A stretch of DNA of 64,000 nt from Eledone cirrhosa (lineage: Eukaryota), in NCBI GenBank assembly GCA_964016885.1, contig OZ024746.1:101556001-101620000 (forward strand). Reading direction: 5' to 3'. Position numbers and translations under genes: made by a program. Positions within the stretch are counted from its first letter, which is position 1. Every line of letters begins with the position of its first letter. The notes beneath the pieces are model-generated. The model saw nothing but the letters and a program-made list of their open reading frames with translations. It did not search any database and was not told where the DNA came from. Below are positions 12,463 to 25,906 of the stretch, one piece after another.

Positions 12463-12869
12463 GAACTCCACTAGTTCTCTCTCTCTCTTCCATTCTCCTT
12501 CTCTCTCTCTCTTCCATTCTCCTTCTCTCTCTCTCCCTCTCTCTATGTATCTCTTTCAATCTACTCTCTCACAACCACTATCTCTTTCTCTCTATCCTTT
12601 TCTCTCTCTATTTATGAAGGTACCCGGGAAAATCCGTATCTCGGGAACCCATGCTCCGATTTATGTGAAACTTGTTTTATTCCACTTGTAATCCCATTTC
12701 AGAGTCAACTTCCTTTCAAAGTATTTTCCCATTATGCGTCCTTTTGGCTGTATTACATTACAGACAAGCACACAACCACAGATATAGATAACAGGCACAA
12801 CATAACAACTATGCATATGCCGTTTCCACAACAACGCTGTGACATAATTTCTTCTGACCGTAATAAGGA

Positions 12870-14650
12870 CTTCTGCAAAAAAGCACAAAATTGTTCAAGA
12901 ATGTTGTGTATTCCAAGAAGATTGGCTAAACAAGTATTTCTTTACCAGTGCTGAGAATAAAACGGTATGTTTGCTGTGTCAAGACACAATCGCTGTGTTG
13001 AAGGAGTACACTTTAAAGCAATGTCACCAAACAAAATACAAGGGTTTTAGTCTCAACATGTCAGATGAAGAACGAAGGAGAAAGGCAATGGATTTTGTGA
13101 CAAAACTAAACAAGCAGAAATCTATGTTTACAAAACTATTGTCACATCATGAGAGTGTCGTAGAAGCAGGTTTTATTGTCATATAATCTTGTAATAAACA
13201 ACAAACCATTCTCAGATGGAGAGTTTCTAAAACAATACATGATGGATTGCGCAAGCATTGTGTGTCCTGAAGTGAAAGGTAAATTTGAAAGCATTTCATT
13301 ATCAAGATGGACTATTGAACAATGCATTGATGTAATAAGTAACAAGTTGACTCAGCAGCTGGGAGCTGCCACCAAAGATTTTGTGTGGTACTCTGTAGCC
13401 CTAGATGAGAGTACTGACATCCAAGAAACTGCTCAGTTACTCATCTTTACTCATGGAATGAATGAGAATTTTCATGTCACAGAAGAGCTCCTTTCACTAG
13501 AGCCCACGAAAAGCACAACAACAGGTCAGGATTTGTTTGAATCTGTGGTCAATTGTGTTGATAAAAATGCTTTATCATGGGATAAGTTGGCAAGCATGAC
13601 AACAGACGGTGCCCGGACATTAACAGGAAAACATGTGGGCATGGTGAAACTCATTGAAAATAAGATCAGAAAAGGCCATCATAATCATGCTCTGTGGTCT
13701 TTCCACTGCATTTTGCACCAAAAGAGCCTGTGTAAAGCTGCACTGAACTTGAAGCATGTGGTAGATCTGGTGGTAGGTGTAGTAAACTCTATTAGGGCAA
13801 GGGCACTGAATCACTGACAGTTCAAATGTCTGCTGGAAGACGTGAAGGCTGAGCATGGAGATGCACTCTACCGCAACAATGTGCAGTGGTTGAGCCTGGG
13901 TAAAGTGCTGAAGAGAGTGTGGGGGTTGCAAGAAGAAATCCTTCTCTTTCTGGACATGAAGGGGATTTCTTGTGACTGTCCTGTGAAGACTGGAGATATG
14001 AACTAATGTTTGCAGTTGACATTTTTGATAAACTAAATGATCTGAATGTGACATTGCAGTGAAAGGATCTGTTTGCTTATGAAAGCATGTCACGTCTTTT
14101 CAGGCAAAACTTGCTTTGTTCTCCAGGCAAGCAGATAAAGGAAAATTCTGCCATTTTTCTTTATTAGGGAAGAAGAAAGAGCCTGCAAATGTCTCCTCAA
14201 AGATCATGCATCAGTTGATGAGTTTAAAGGAGGAGATTGAAAGGTTTACAGATTTCAAAAACATTGAGCCTGAATTCAATTTAACTTTCCCTTCCAATAC
14301 TGATATTGATGCAGCACCTGAAGAAATACAGCTTGAACTAATTGACATGCAAGCAGATCACTCGTTGAAAGAAATGTTTCATTCTGTGCCATTAATAGAG
14401 TATTACAAGTCTTTTTCAAATGAAAAATTACCAATGTTTGAGAAGCTTTGTTGCCAGATTGTTTTCTATTTTGGGGTCAACTTACATCTGTGAACAGAGT
14501 TTTTCCTGTTTTAAAATAACCAAGTCCAAGAACAGATCCATGATTTCAGACACAAACCTACATGCAATCCTGAGAATTTCTACCAGCAACCTTGAGCCAG
14601 ATTTTTAAAAAATTGTAACAAATTGTGACCAGTTGTATTTGTCTCATTAA
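12870..14650 (+). pseudogene. hAT transposase pseudogene (GTF2IRD2/EPM2AIP1-like family)
   Basis: KPFSDGEF, SVALDESTDIQETAQLLIF, TTDGA, HCILHQ and C-terminal dimerisation GSTYICEQSFS motifs, with frameshifts and stops. Confidence 0.9.
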
Positions 14651-15361
14651 GGAGGTAGATTTTACAGCAGTTGTAGTTAAAAGCAACAGAAATGTCTAGC
14701 TTGAATGACTAAATATCCATCACTCTAATAATTATAACTCCAGGTTGTATGTAGCTGTGTGTATGTATATATGTATATGTATGTGTGTATGTATGTATAA
14801 AAATGTGTAAATATGTATATACACATGTACATATGTATGTATATATGTATCTGCATGTGTGCATGTGTATGTATATGCATGGGGACATAGAAATAATCGG
14901 GCTTGATACCTGATCACGCGGTTAAACCACTGGGAGTGAAGGACCCCTAGCCTTTGTCAGGGCATTTTTCTAGGAGAAGGCAACTCAGGAAACTGGGATA
15001 ACTCCAATATAAAACCTGCGCAGGTTATAGCTACTGTCGCTCAGAGAGTGGGATTGGCTCAGTGCAGTCTTTCCTCACCTTGAAAATATTCTTCACGCAC
15101 AGGCATTGCACGATAGCATAATGTTATATTGTGCAATGGCCATACTCGATAACGAGGGGGCAGCCATCATGTATGTATGTTGCATGTATGTCTGTTATAT
15201 ATATAATCTATGTATGTTGTATGTATGTCTGCTATATATATAATCTATATGGAATGGTGTGTAGAGGCAGAGTTCAAGAAATTACATAAATAATTAACTA
15301 ACTTTGAAATATTAGCTGTGTGAATTGTGTGAACAGTAATAGCAACATGTCTCCACTTCCC

Positions 15362-15935
15362 CACCATAACAACACCACCGCATCCATAACAACACCACCG
15401 CATCCATAACAACACCACCATAACAACACCACCATAACAACGCCACCACCAACACCACCACCACCACCACTACAACACCACCACCATCACAACCACCACC
15501 ATCACAACCACCACCACCACAACCACCACCACCATCACAACCACACCATCACAACCACCACCACCACCATCACAACCACCATCACACCACCACCACCACT
15601 ACCACAACACCACCACCATCACAACCACCACCACCACCACAACACCACCACCATCACAACCACCACCACCACCATCACACCACCACCACCACCATCACAA
15701 CACCACCATCACAACCACTACCACAACACCACCACCATCACAACCACCACCACAACACCACCACCATCACAACCACCACCACCACCACCACACCACCACC
15801 ACCACCACCACCATCACAATGACTACCATCACAACACCACCACCATCACAACACCACCATCACAACCGCCACCATTACCACACCACCATCACAACACCAC
15901 CACCATCACAACACCACCATCACAACACCACCATT
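15362..15935. repeat. (CAC/ACC)n compound microsatellite
   Basis: Runs of caccaccat/cacaac. Confidence 0.95.
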
Positions 15936-16005
15936 ACTGACACAATGTATATATATATATATTAATTCCAAATATTAACAAAATAGATATTCTTGTGATC
16001 AATTA

Positions 16006-16072
16006 TATTTTATTATACATATTTCCGAGGTACTGAATTAAGTTCAACAGTACGTCCTCATCAGATAAAATA
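16006..16072 (-). ncRNA. Type I hammerhead ribozyme motif
   Basis: tattttat-CTGATGA-ggacgtactg..cagtacctcg-GAAA-tatgta-TA-ataaaata. Confidence 0.75.
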
Positions 16073-16337
16073 AAATGATACATGATATACCCTGACATGG
16101 TAGATGGTTAAGATTTAATCAAGGTAGTCTGCCACTGTAGAGTGCTTCCAATCTATTGTAAAACTCATTCTTTGATGTATTCATTGAATCTTGTTTAACT
16201 CTTAAATATATATGTAGGAGGTTAGTTTTATTGTAGCACAATAAAGCAATGCAAATATTGGATAAGTAGCACTCTACAGTTTGTAGGACTGGAGTATAAA
16301 TAATATAAGATCAAAAGATGGTTAAAAGAGTTCCAAG

Positions 16338-16408
16338 TATTTTATTATGCGCATTTCAAAAACAAATATCATCATGGGATGATATCTGCGTTCTCATCAG
16401 ATAAAATA
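16338..16408 (-). ncRNA. Type I hammerhead ribozyme motif (intact core)
   Basis: tattttat-CTGATGA-long stem II-GAAA-tgcgca (palindromic stem III)-TA-ataaaata. Confidence 0.85.
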
Positions 16409-16499
16409 GGGAGACATGATATGAAGCTTAAAAAACACTTGTGTTGATTTAAAACTTCACTATTCACAAGTGTTTTTTAAGCTTCATATCATGTCTCCC

Positions 16500-16570
16500 T
16501 ATTTTATCTGATGAGAACGCAGATATCATCCCATGATGATATTTGTTTTTGAAATGCGCACAATAAAATA
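16500..16570 (+). ncRNA. Mirror hammerhead motif with mutated cleavage triplet
   Basis: Same as 16338-16408 but reads GAAA-tgcgca-CA, so the conserved U is lost. Confidence 0.7.
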
Positions 16571-16677
16571 CTTGGAACTCTTTTAACCATCTTATGATCC
16601 TATATATATATATATATATATAACAGAAAAGACGAGGAAGTTTTGTTTACATATGAATAATATTTATTGCGTATCGA

Positions 16678-16766
16678 CATGTTACGGGTGTTTCACAGAG
16701 GATTGGCTCAGGTGACCCATAGAAGTTATGGACCTGACTCCAGTATAGATCTGCTCCTCAGACTGG
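16678..16766 (-). ncRNA. Hammerhead motif, CTGAGGA type with long stem II, inside an element bounded by ~55-bp inverted repeats (16624-17003)
   Basis: CTGAGGA-gcaga...tctgt-GAAA-cacccg-TA-acatg. Stems I and III are degenerate. Confidence 0.6.
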
Positions 16767-17079
16767 TGATGTGACAAAAGATATATTTTTGTTGTAGTAT
16801 GTAGACCGAGAAGGTATATAGGCATTGGCCCTATTTTTTGTGTGTGGGTGTATGTGTATATTGTGGTGTAATTTGCGGCGGTGGCAATGGGGGTGTGTAT
16901 TAACCAGTATTCATGTGCGTATTTACAGCAGTGTACACGTAATTAAGGTCAATACGGAATAAATATTCTTCATACAGAAACGAAACTTCCTCGTATTTTT
17001 TCTATGATATACATTCTGCCTGTGAGTTTGGTACCAACACCAGTATTTCACCATACTTCCTACACTATATATATATATA

Positions 17080-17495
17080 CATCATCATTTCCATTTTATA
17101 TCCATTCTTTCACGCTAGCATGGGTTAGACGGGTTGTCCTGTTGTGGGTAATGCCAGGTCATACAGAACTTATTTGGGCTTGGTTTCTACAGCTGGATGC
17201 CCTTCCTAATGCTAACCTCATTTACAGTGAGTACTGGGTGCTTTTTGTCATGATACCTACACAAACACTTTACAGTGTGGGATGGGTACTTTTTGTCATG
17301 TCATCATCACAACCTCTTTACAGTGTGGGCTATGGGCTTCACTGGATGTATGCTTCAGCCTGTCCTCATAGATGTGTGGGGGTGGGAGGGGAGGGTGGTG
17401 AATGCTATATATATGCTTCAGCTTCAGACTATACCCGTTGCAGGGCGGGCCTTCTGTATTACTGCATAACCCCAAACATCTGTCTTGTATCATAA
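17080..17495 (-). mobile_element. RTE-LINE 3' end fragment
   Basis: catcat tail, gctagcatgggttagacg, cagctggatgcccttcctaa. Confidence 0.75.
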
Positions 17496-17589
17496 TCTTC
17501 TTTGAAAGGTACAATTGTGCATATATTATGTATTATATTAGATTATATATATATATATGTTATATATATATATTATATATATATATGTG

Positions 17590-18278
17590 TGTGCAATAGT
17601 AATATATGCGAACGGCAAAACATAAATGAACTAAGTGAGAAATTAGGAATAAGAGGGATCAGATGCTGTTTACTCGGGAGAAGACTGCGTTGGTATGGTC
17701 ACGTGATGCGCATGAAAGATGACAGCTGTATAAAAAAGTGCAGGGCGATCAAAATTGATGGAAGTTATGGAGTAGGTAGACCCAGAATAACCTGGGATGA
17801 TTTGATAAATTCTAACCTTACACACTTGCACCTCTCTAAGACAATGTCACTGGACCGAGATCTTTGGCGCTACACAGTAATACAGAAGACCCGCCTTGCC
17901 TAAGTACAAAGCGAAATCTACAGTCAGTAGGCCCCTCCTAACCAAATATACACCCTATCCTACTACCCCTACCCCATCCTCCCACTCCCACCAACACCAA
18001 CCTTTCTCTGTAAAGTTATGTTGGTGCCACAACATCCAGTCCAAAATAAATGAGGTCGTGTGGATGTCACGACAAAAAAACACACAGTCTACACTGTAAT
18101 GTGGCCGTGTAGGTAACACGGTAAAAACCTCCCAGTTCACACTGTAAACGTGGTTGGTGTTAGGAAGGGCATTCAGCCATAGAAAACCTGCCAGATAGTC
18201 CTACACGAGCGAGACATGGCCACCCGACCAATCTTGCTTCTAGCTTGGAAGATAGACGTTAAACGATGATGATGAAGA
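17590..18278 (+). mobile_element. 5'-truncated RTE-LINE
   Basis: RRLRWYGHVMRMKDD...GRPRITW, 3' UTR and (GAT)n. Paralogous to 11545-12462. Confidence 0.92.
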
Positions 18279-18302
18279 TATATATATATATAATATATAT
18301 TA

Positions 18303-21300
18303 TCTATCTATATATATATAAATGCAAGTTTACGATTCTGTGTGTCCGCATAAAACTAGCAAACTACCGGACCAAACTCCTCAAAATTACCTGTACATAT
18401 TCACTATACACTCGGACAGGTAACGGTTGAAAAAGTTTTACTTTGCAAAGCAAGGAATTCATTAAAATTCAATTTATCTTATTTTCTAATGAATATCAAA
18501 AGAGATCATCTATTTTATTTTTTTGTTCTCCAGTCTGTAGATAAGAGAGTGAGGGATGGGAAGAGAGAGAGAAAGAGAGAGAGTGGCAGATGGGAGAGAA
18601 AGTAAGGGGATGAGAGAGAGGGAGTAAGGGGATGTGAGAGAGAAAGAAAGAAAGAGAGTAAGGGATGAGAGAGAGAGTGGGAGATGGGCGAGAGAGAGTA
18701 AGGAGATGTGAGAGAGAAAGAAAGAGAGTAAGGGGATGAAAGAGAAAAACGATGAAAGAGAGAGAAGGAAAGTAACCAGCGTTCTTAACTTGTATTTATT
18801 TATTATTTTTACACACATTTTAACTCTCCCGCTTCCTTAACGTTATTTATCTTTTCTTTATTTTTTGTTCTCTATTCCGTAGAGAGAGAAATAAAGAGAG
18901 AGAAGGAGAGTAATGTGATGGGAGAGAGAGGGGGGGGGAAGTAGCCAGCGTTCATTAACTTTTATTGATTTATTATTTTTACACACTTCTTAACTCTCCC
19001 AATGTTATTTATCTTTTATTTATTTTTTGTTTGCTATTGTGAAAGGATGAGAGAGAGAAAGAAAGAGAGGAGATGAGAAAGAGAAAGGGAGTGAGGCGGA
19101 TGGGGAGAAAAAGACAATAAGAAAAGAGAAAAGATGGGAGAGAGAAAAAAAAGTAAAGAGGCAGGAGAGAGGGAGTGTGATTGGAGGGATTCTTTAACTA
19201 ATGTGTCCGCATTTATATATATATTTACACACACATGTGTGTGTGTTACGAGGGGGGGGGGTTCTTCAGCAGACGATATATGTTACCATCAAAGCTTATT
19301 TTCTACATATGTCTAAAGAAATCACAGATGCTTTTATAGAAGTTGTATATATGTATTTAACAGACAAAAAAAAAACGGTATTTTTAAAAGATATTATTTG
19401 AATATATTATTTTCCGCTGTTATTTGAATTAACACAGAAAATATTTTTTTTGTAGTGTTTGTCGTTTTTTGGGATACAATCTGAAATCCCAATATCTTCT
19501 ACATATGTCTAAAATTAATTACACCTAATATACATTCATATAAAGAGATCATTTAAAACAACTTTACTGAGTGAACAATACATTCTATAGTTGTTTCTAT
19601 TTCGGAAGGAGTGTGGTGTGTAATAATTGTTTCTACTTTTGGCACAAGGCCAGCAATTATACCAGTACATTACTGGTACCTTATTTTATTGTGTGGTGTG
19701 TAATAATATCACTTCAAATGCCTAGAAAGCGTTCCAGATCATTATATGGAAGGTCATCTTCAGAGGCTAAGAGAAAGAAAACACAGCAATCTGAAGAAAG
19801 TGAAGAAGTTCGGCATACCCATCTAGCTGCTAACAGAGCCCAAACAGCTTTAGAACGAGCACACCGTTTGGATGAAAGGGAACAAAGGACTGTTGCTACA
19901 CGAGAACAACAAATTAAGGAACAGCAGCAAATCAGATGAAATGCTAATCAAGCACATCGTTCTACTGCCCGAGCAGGAGAACAAGCCACAAGTAAAATGA
20001 ACTGGCTGATGGGTGCTTTTTCTTACGACCCCCAAAAGGACTACAGCAGTAATCCACAAATCAACATTGGGAAAATGAACAAATGCTGCCAGTATTGTGG
20101 TGCCAAGAAGTGGGCAGCAGAAACACCAAGTCTATGCTGCTCAAAAGGCAAAGTGAACCTTAAAACAATACAAGAAACTCCTGAATTTCTGAAGAATCTG
20201 CTCCTTCAGCATACACCAGAAGCACGACACTTCAATAAATACAACATAAAATATAATTCTGCCTTTCAAATGACATCTTTTGGGGCGACAGGAATGTGAC
20301 TGACTTTAGATTCTGTACAACTTATAAAATTCAGGGATAGAGTTACCACTTAATGGGTGGCCTTCTGCCACTTTCACAGGAGCCTCACAAATTTGTGCAG
20401 GTTTACTTCATGGGTGGAAATGAAACACAGGCACAACAAAGATTTACCAATGTCCATGGTGGATTGCAGTTCTACATAGTCATAAAGTTACAAGAAATTC
20501 TTCACCAACATCACATGTACATCAGTGTATTTAAATATGCACTGGAGCATATAAACAACACCAGAGATTGTATAATCATCATTAGGACAGACAAACGCCC
20601 AGCTTCAGAACATGAACGCAGATTCAATGTACCTGTCACTGATGAAGTTGCAATCATAATGGTTGATGAACAGCATGAACGACGTGACATTGTTTTGCAA
20701 AAACAAAGTGGATATTTGGAGCGAATTTGTGAAACTCATAGAGCCTATGATTCACTCCAATATCCGCTCATCTTTTGGAATGGTCAAGATGGATATCATT
20801 TTCAGCTACGGCAGTTCAGCCCAGGAACGGGACAAGAGACTGGCCGATCAATCAGCTGCAAAGAATTCTATGTTTATCATTTCATGACATGACCACTTCA
20901 ACCAAGTTCTGTGATTCAAAGAAGTAACCAGCCAGTTCATGGTGGACATGTATGCAAAAATTGAAACAGAAAGATTGGGTTTTCTGCAAAGGAATCAAAC
21001 TAAGTTGAGGGCAGATAACTACATCCACCTTAGAGATGCCATCAATTCTGATGTTGACCCAAGAAATATTGGCCAGCCACTCATACTACCATCAAGCTTC
21101 ACAGGAGGACCACGTTACATGCATGAACATACGCAAGATACAATGGCCTATGTCAGAAAATTTGGTCGGCCAGATCATGCAATTCAAACTGGTCAGAAAT
21201 ATCAAATGAATTAATTCAAAATCAAAAACCAAAGGATCGACATGACCTCATTGCTCGGGTTTTAAAAGCCAAAAAAACTCATCTGGCTCCTAAAAGAAGG

Positions 21301-24300
21301 AAGAATCTTTGGTGAGCTTAGTGCCTGGATAACCACTATTGAGTGGCAGAAGAGAGGTCTTTCTCACTCTCACTCACTAATCTGGTGCTAGGAGAGTTGC
21401 CTGATAAAGGTGGTGATCCAGAGCTCTTTGAAACCATCAAGTCCAAACTCATTCATAGTCCATGTGGAGTCATCAATCCAGCCTCTCCCTGCATGAAAGA
21501 TCAAAAATGCAGCAAACATTATCCTAGAGCTTTTATTCGGGAAACTCGGACTGACAATAATGGATACCCCCTTTATCGTAGGCATAGACCAGAACATGGA
21601 GGCAATAATGCAAGCCTAGCAGTTCAAGGAGAGGAGCTGACCATAAACAATCAGTGGGTCGTCCCACACAACAAATTGTTGTGTAAACTTTTAAAAGCTT
21701 ATATCAATGTTGAGTATTGCAGCTCCGTCAAGGCAATCCTATATGTCACAAAATATATCAACAAGGGCAGTGACATGGCTACCTTTATTACTGACAAAGA
21801 ACTCAATGATGGTGGGCTGGATGAGGTCAAATGGTATCAAACAGGTCGATACATCTCCAGCAATGAAGCTATCTGGCGAATCTTTGGGTTTGATATCCAC
21901 CAACGCCACCCAACAGTGGTCAACCTCGCAGTCCATCTGGAAAATGGACAGAGAGTGTACTTCACTGAGATCAGTGCTCATCAGTTGGCACAAGCATCCC
22001 ATGACACTACACTAACTGCTTTCTTTAAACTCGGCCATAATGATGAATCCCTCCTATATGCTGAAGTCCCAACATACTACACCTGGACCAATTGCAAGAC
22101 CTGGAATCGAAGAAAGCAGGGTCATTCAGTGGAAGGTCATGAAGTCAAGTCAAGTGATGCTATTGGGCATGTTTACAATGTCCATCCCAACAACAGAGAA
22201 TGTTTTTATTTATGGCTACTTCTGCATACTGTTTGAGGACCAACGTCATTGGAGGATCTTAGGTGCTTCAGAGGAAGGGAGTGCGCAACATACCAAGAAG
22301 CATGTAAACAGCATGAACTCCTGCAAGACAATGGACACTGGAAGAAGTGCCTAGAAGAAGCAGCAATCACTCAAGTAGCCAGTCAAATAAGACAATTATT
22401 TGCTATTATGCTCACAGCATGTGGAATTGATGAAACTCATCTACTCTGGCAGGAGTACAAAAACAATATGTCGGACGACTATCTACACCTAGCCCGAAGA
22501 CATCATGGCAATATGTATATGGAATATACCACCAGGATTTACAATCAAGCTCTCTGTGATCTGTCCCATCGAGTTCAGGCAATGATTAGCACATTAGCTA
22601 ACTGCGGGATCCAAGAGCCAGATGAAGAAATGGAGGTTGCACAAGACATTTTTCAGGAGACAAACTACGATATTCAAGCATTGCGTAAGTTTGTGGATTA
22701 AAATGAATCTCGATTGATGGATCAAAAACATTCAAAATGACTGGGGAGGACTTTTCTTCATCGATGCTCCTGCTGGCACTGGCAAGACATTCCTCATAAA
22801 CCTCCTGCTTGCAAAAGTTCGCCAAAAGCAACATATTGCCCTTGCTGTGGCTTCAAGTGTCATTGCAGCAACACTTCTTGATGGCGGAAGAACTGCACAC
22901 TCCATGTTTAAGCTGCCCATAGATCTCACACGGCATGAACAATCTTTTTGCAACATCAAGAACAACTCACCCAAGGGCAAGCTTCTGCAAACAAGCAAGA
23001 TGATAATTTGGGATGGAGCTACTATGAGCCATAAGGAAGAAATTGAAGCTTTGGACCGGATGATAAGGGATCTGAGAGAAAATAGTTGCATAATGGGAGG
23101 AGTGACAATGGTTCTTGCTGGTGATTTCAGACTCGAGGGACTCGAGCTGATCAGGTCAATGCCTGTCTGAAAACATCCTATCTCTGGCCCTACTTTCAGC
23201 TACTGAGCTTTACAACCAACATGCGAGTGCACTTAACTGGGAAACTTAAATTGGGAAATGGACTTCTTGAAAAGGACTCCAATGACCATATTCAGTTGTC
23301 ATTTGGCCATATCATTGACACAGAACAAGAACAGATTGCCAGAGTGTTTCCAAAGATTCAGACCAGGCAATGTGATCTGAAATGGCTCTGTGAATGAGCA
23401 ATCTTAGCACCTAAAAATGTTGCTGTGAAAGAAATCAACAGAAGGCTGAAAATATGCTACAAATGACAATCACTTCTCAAGACCAGGTTGTAAACTATCC
23501 AACTGAATTTTTGAACAATCTTGAACAAGCGGGAATTCCTCGACACAACCTAATACGAAGCTTGGAGCATCGGTTATGCTACTTCGCAATCTGGATCCTC
23601 CAAAACTTTGTAATGGCACAAGACTCATCATCAAAAATATGATGTCCAATGTTCTAGAAGTTGCAATCATGTCAGGAAAATTTGCTGGTGACAATTGTTT
23701 CATTCCCAGAATACCTCTGAAGCCAACTGATTTGCCATTTAAATTTCAAAGACTTCAATTTCCAATCAGGCTCAGTTTTGTCATGACCATTAATAAATCT
23801 CAAGGGCAATCATTGAAAGTCATTTGGTTGAATCTGGCAGATCCTGTCTTTTCACATGATCATCTCTATGTTGGCTCAACAAGGGTTGGGAACCCTGATT
23901 GTCTCTTCATTGTGACACCACAGGGCAAAACCAAGAATGTTATTTATCCAGAGGCTTTGGAATGAGCAATGTCGTAATACCTCTTTCAATGACAATACAC
24001 ACAGATCCTAATTCCTTAGTCATATATAGTTTGCAAGGAATTCTGAAGCCGCAAATTTACTGCATGGTGTTACTTTGGAAGAATATGCAGGCATTCCCGG
24101 GTACCTCTGCTATATAAAGTAGTATAAGTGAGGACTTTGTTGGGTAGAAATAGCAGCCAAATTTCCTTCAAATCCCACCTTACTTTCTCAGGTATGTATA
24201 TATGTATGAAGCAAAAAGGAATGGTTCTATGTGATAACTCGATCTACTAGAAATATTAGCAAAATCCATTTCAAATCCCAAACAACTGTCTTACACACAT

Positions 24301-24930
24301 ACATGTGTATGTATGTATCTATGTATGTCATGTGAGCCTCTATAACTGTTGGTATAGCTAATAGAAATAGAAAACACATCTCCCTCAAACAAGATCCTAC
24401 TGCCATAGAGGCAAAGATTGGTGAAAGCTACAGTGTACAAATTTAAATACACTTTCCCCGAATTACAGAAATGAGTAAGTAAATGCTTCATTCAATCATA
24501 AACCAATGCTAAATTTATTTTCTTATTTTATTTATGGTTTTTAAAATAGTCTTTACAGATTGTTTGAATTTCAGAGGTTCAGATTGAGCAAAAAAAAAAA
24601 AAAGAAATAAAAGGATAAATAAAAAAATCTAAATGTATTTTTTTGGTCATGCCCTTTTCACTGACAACATACCTAATGATTCATCTATGAGTAAAGCATT
24701 ATATATGCTGATTGTAATAGGGAGCAGTATTCAAAAAATCACCACTGGAAAAAACTAATATTTTTCTCTAGATGATTTACTTTGACCAAACGGCAATACA
24801 TTTTCTGCTATAATTCTTTCTTTGGTTAAAATTCAGCAATCATATTTGAATGGTCAAATATTTTGTAATGTGTGCTAAATATATTGTAACTTTCATAAAA
24901 TACCCGGGTATCACTGGGTAGCTCAGCTAG
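18303..24930 (+). mobile_element. Full-length degenerate Helitron
   Basis: A|TC 5' end (tctatctatatatatataaa), 3' hairpin tacccgggtatcactgggta followed by CTAG|T at 24927-24931, and internal RepHel remnants. Confidence 0.88.
19718..23965 (+). pseudogene. Helitron Rep/Pif1-helicase pseudogene
   Basis: ILPSSFTGGPRYM, HUH-like EWQKRGLSHSH, YVTKYINKG, VHLENGQRVYF, Walker A DAPAGTGKT, LLRNLDPPKLCNGTRL and MTINKSQGQSL, with many stops and frameshifts. Confidence 0.95.
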
Positions 24931-25266
24931 TATAATATATATTATAAATAATATATATTCATGATATAATACATATATATAATACAATATATATATTTTC
25001 TCTAATAACCAATTTTTTCACTCACTTGTTAATTTGTGTTTGATTTGAGATATGTTGGTTGAGTTGGGAGGGGTTGTAGCATAGTATCTAGACTCCTAGT
25101 CATCACGTAAATCTCTGAAGCAGTAGCCAATCGGTTGACAGTATTTTGATGACATGTAGGGATTTCAGTTGCTACTGTACTACTGTGTCGCCTGTCACAT
25201 TTACTGCTATACACAACATGGACTAGAATTGAATTCTTTCGATTGATTGGTTATTGATTAGATGAG

Positions 25267-25375
25267 ACCCACTGATGAAGCCACATGCACTGATTGTGCA
25301 TTATTGCATAATAAATGGAGACAATGCTGTACGCTCTCTTGCTGCATTAAGTGTGGCTGAAACTCAAGTATGGGT
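25267..25375 (+). ncRNA. Type I hammerhead motif with very long stem II
   Basis: accca-CTGATGA-agccaca...tgtggct-GAAA-ctcaag-TA-tgggt, in a TA-bounded segment of about 25000-25520. Confidence 0.8.
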
Positions 25376-25521
25376 ATAAATTTATGGTACCCATTTACGT
25401 GTGTTGTATTGAAGCAATTAACTTTGTGTCTACTCTGGGATTTATATATAACCTTACCTATTGAGTATGCTGAGATGCAACTGGTGCTATAAAGGAAACC
25501 TTATGCTTCTCCTGTCAACTT

Positions 25522-25553
<32 letters not shown>

Positions 25554-25861
25554 TATATGGTATACATAATATAATTGTTTCTACTTTTGGCTCAAGGCCA
25601 GCAATTACCCCAGTGCATCACTGGTACTTTATTTTATCAACCCCATAAGGTTGAAAGGCAAAGCTATCTTCGGCAGGATTTGAACTCAAACCGTAAAGGG
25701 CCGTAACTCTATGCTGCAAAGCATAGCGTCCAACCCTCTACTGATACTGCCATCCATATATACAGCTTCCCCCCACCTCTTTCTTGTATATCTTTGTCAT
25801 CTCCTGTGAGATTCAATGTTTTGAGATCAGCTCTCAACACTTCTTTGCATTTGTAAACCCA

Positions 25862-25903
<42 letters not shown>

Positions 25904-25906
<3 letters not shown>

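Larger units (their letters stand above)
10830..14700 (+). mobile_element. Degenerate hAT (Charlie/Buster/SPIN-like) DNA transposon with nested RTE insertions
   Basis: Putative left TIR cagagatgggcaaac at 10830 and transposase remnants at 12870-14650. The right TIR was not found. Confidence 0.6.
16213..16605. mobile_element. Fold-back hammerhead module, copy A (unique tail plus 141-bp inverted arms)
   Basis: Arms 16303-16443/16465-16605, 21-nt spacer, TA-flanked. Homologous to 46933-47325. Confidence 0.85.
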
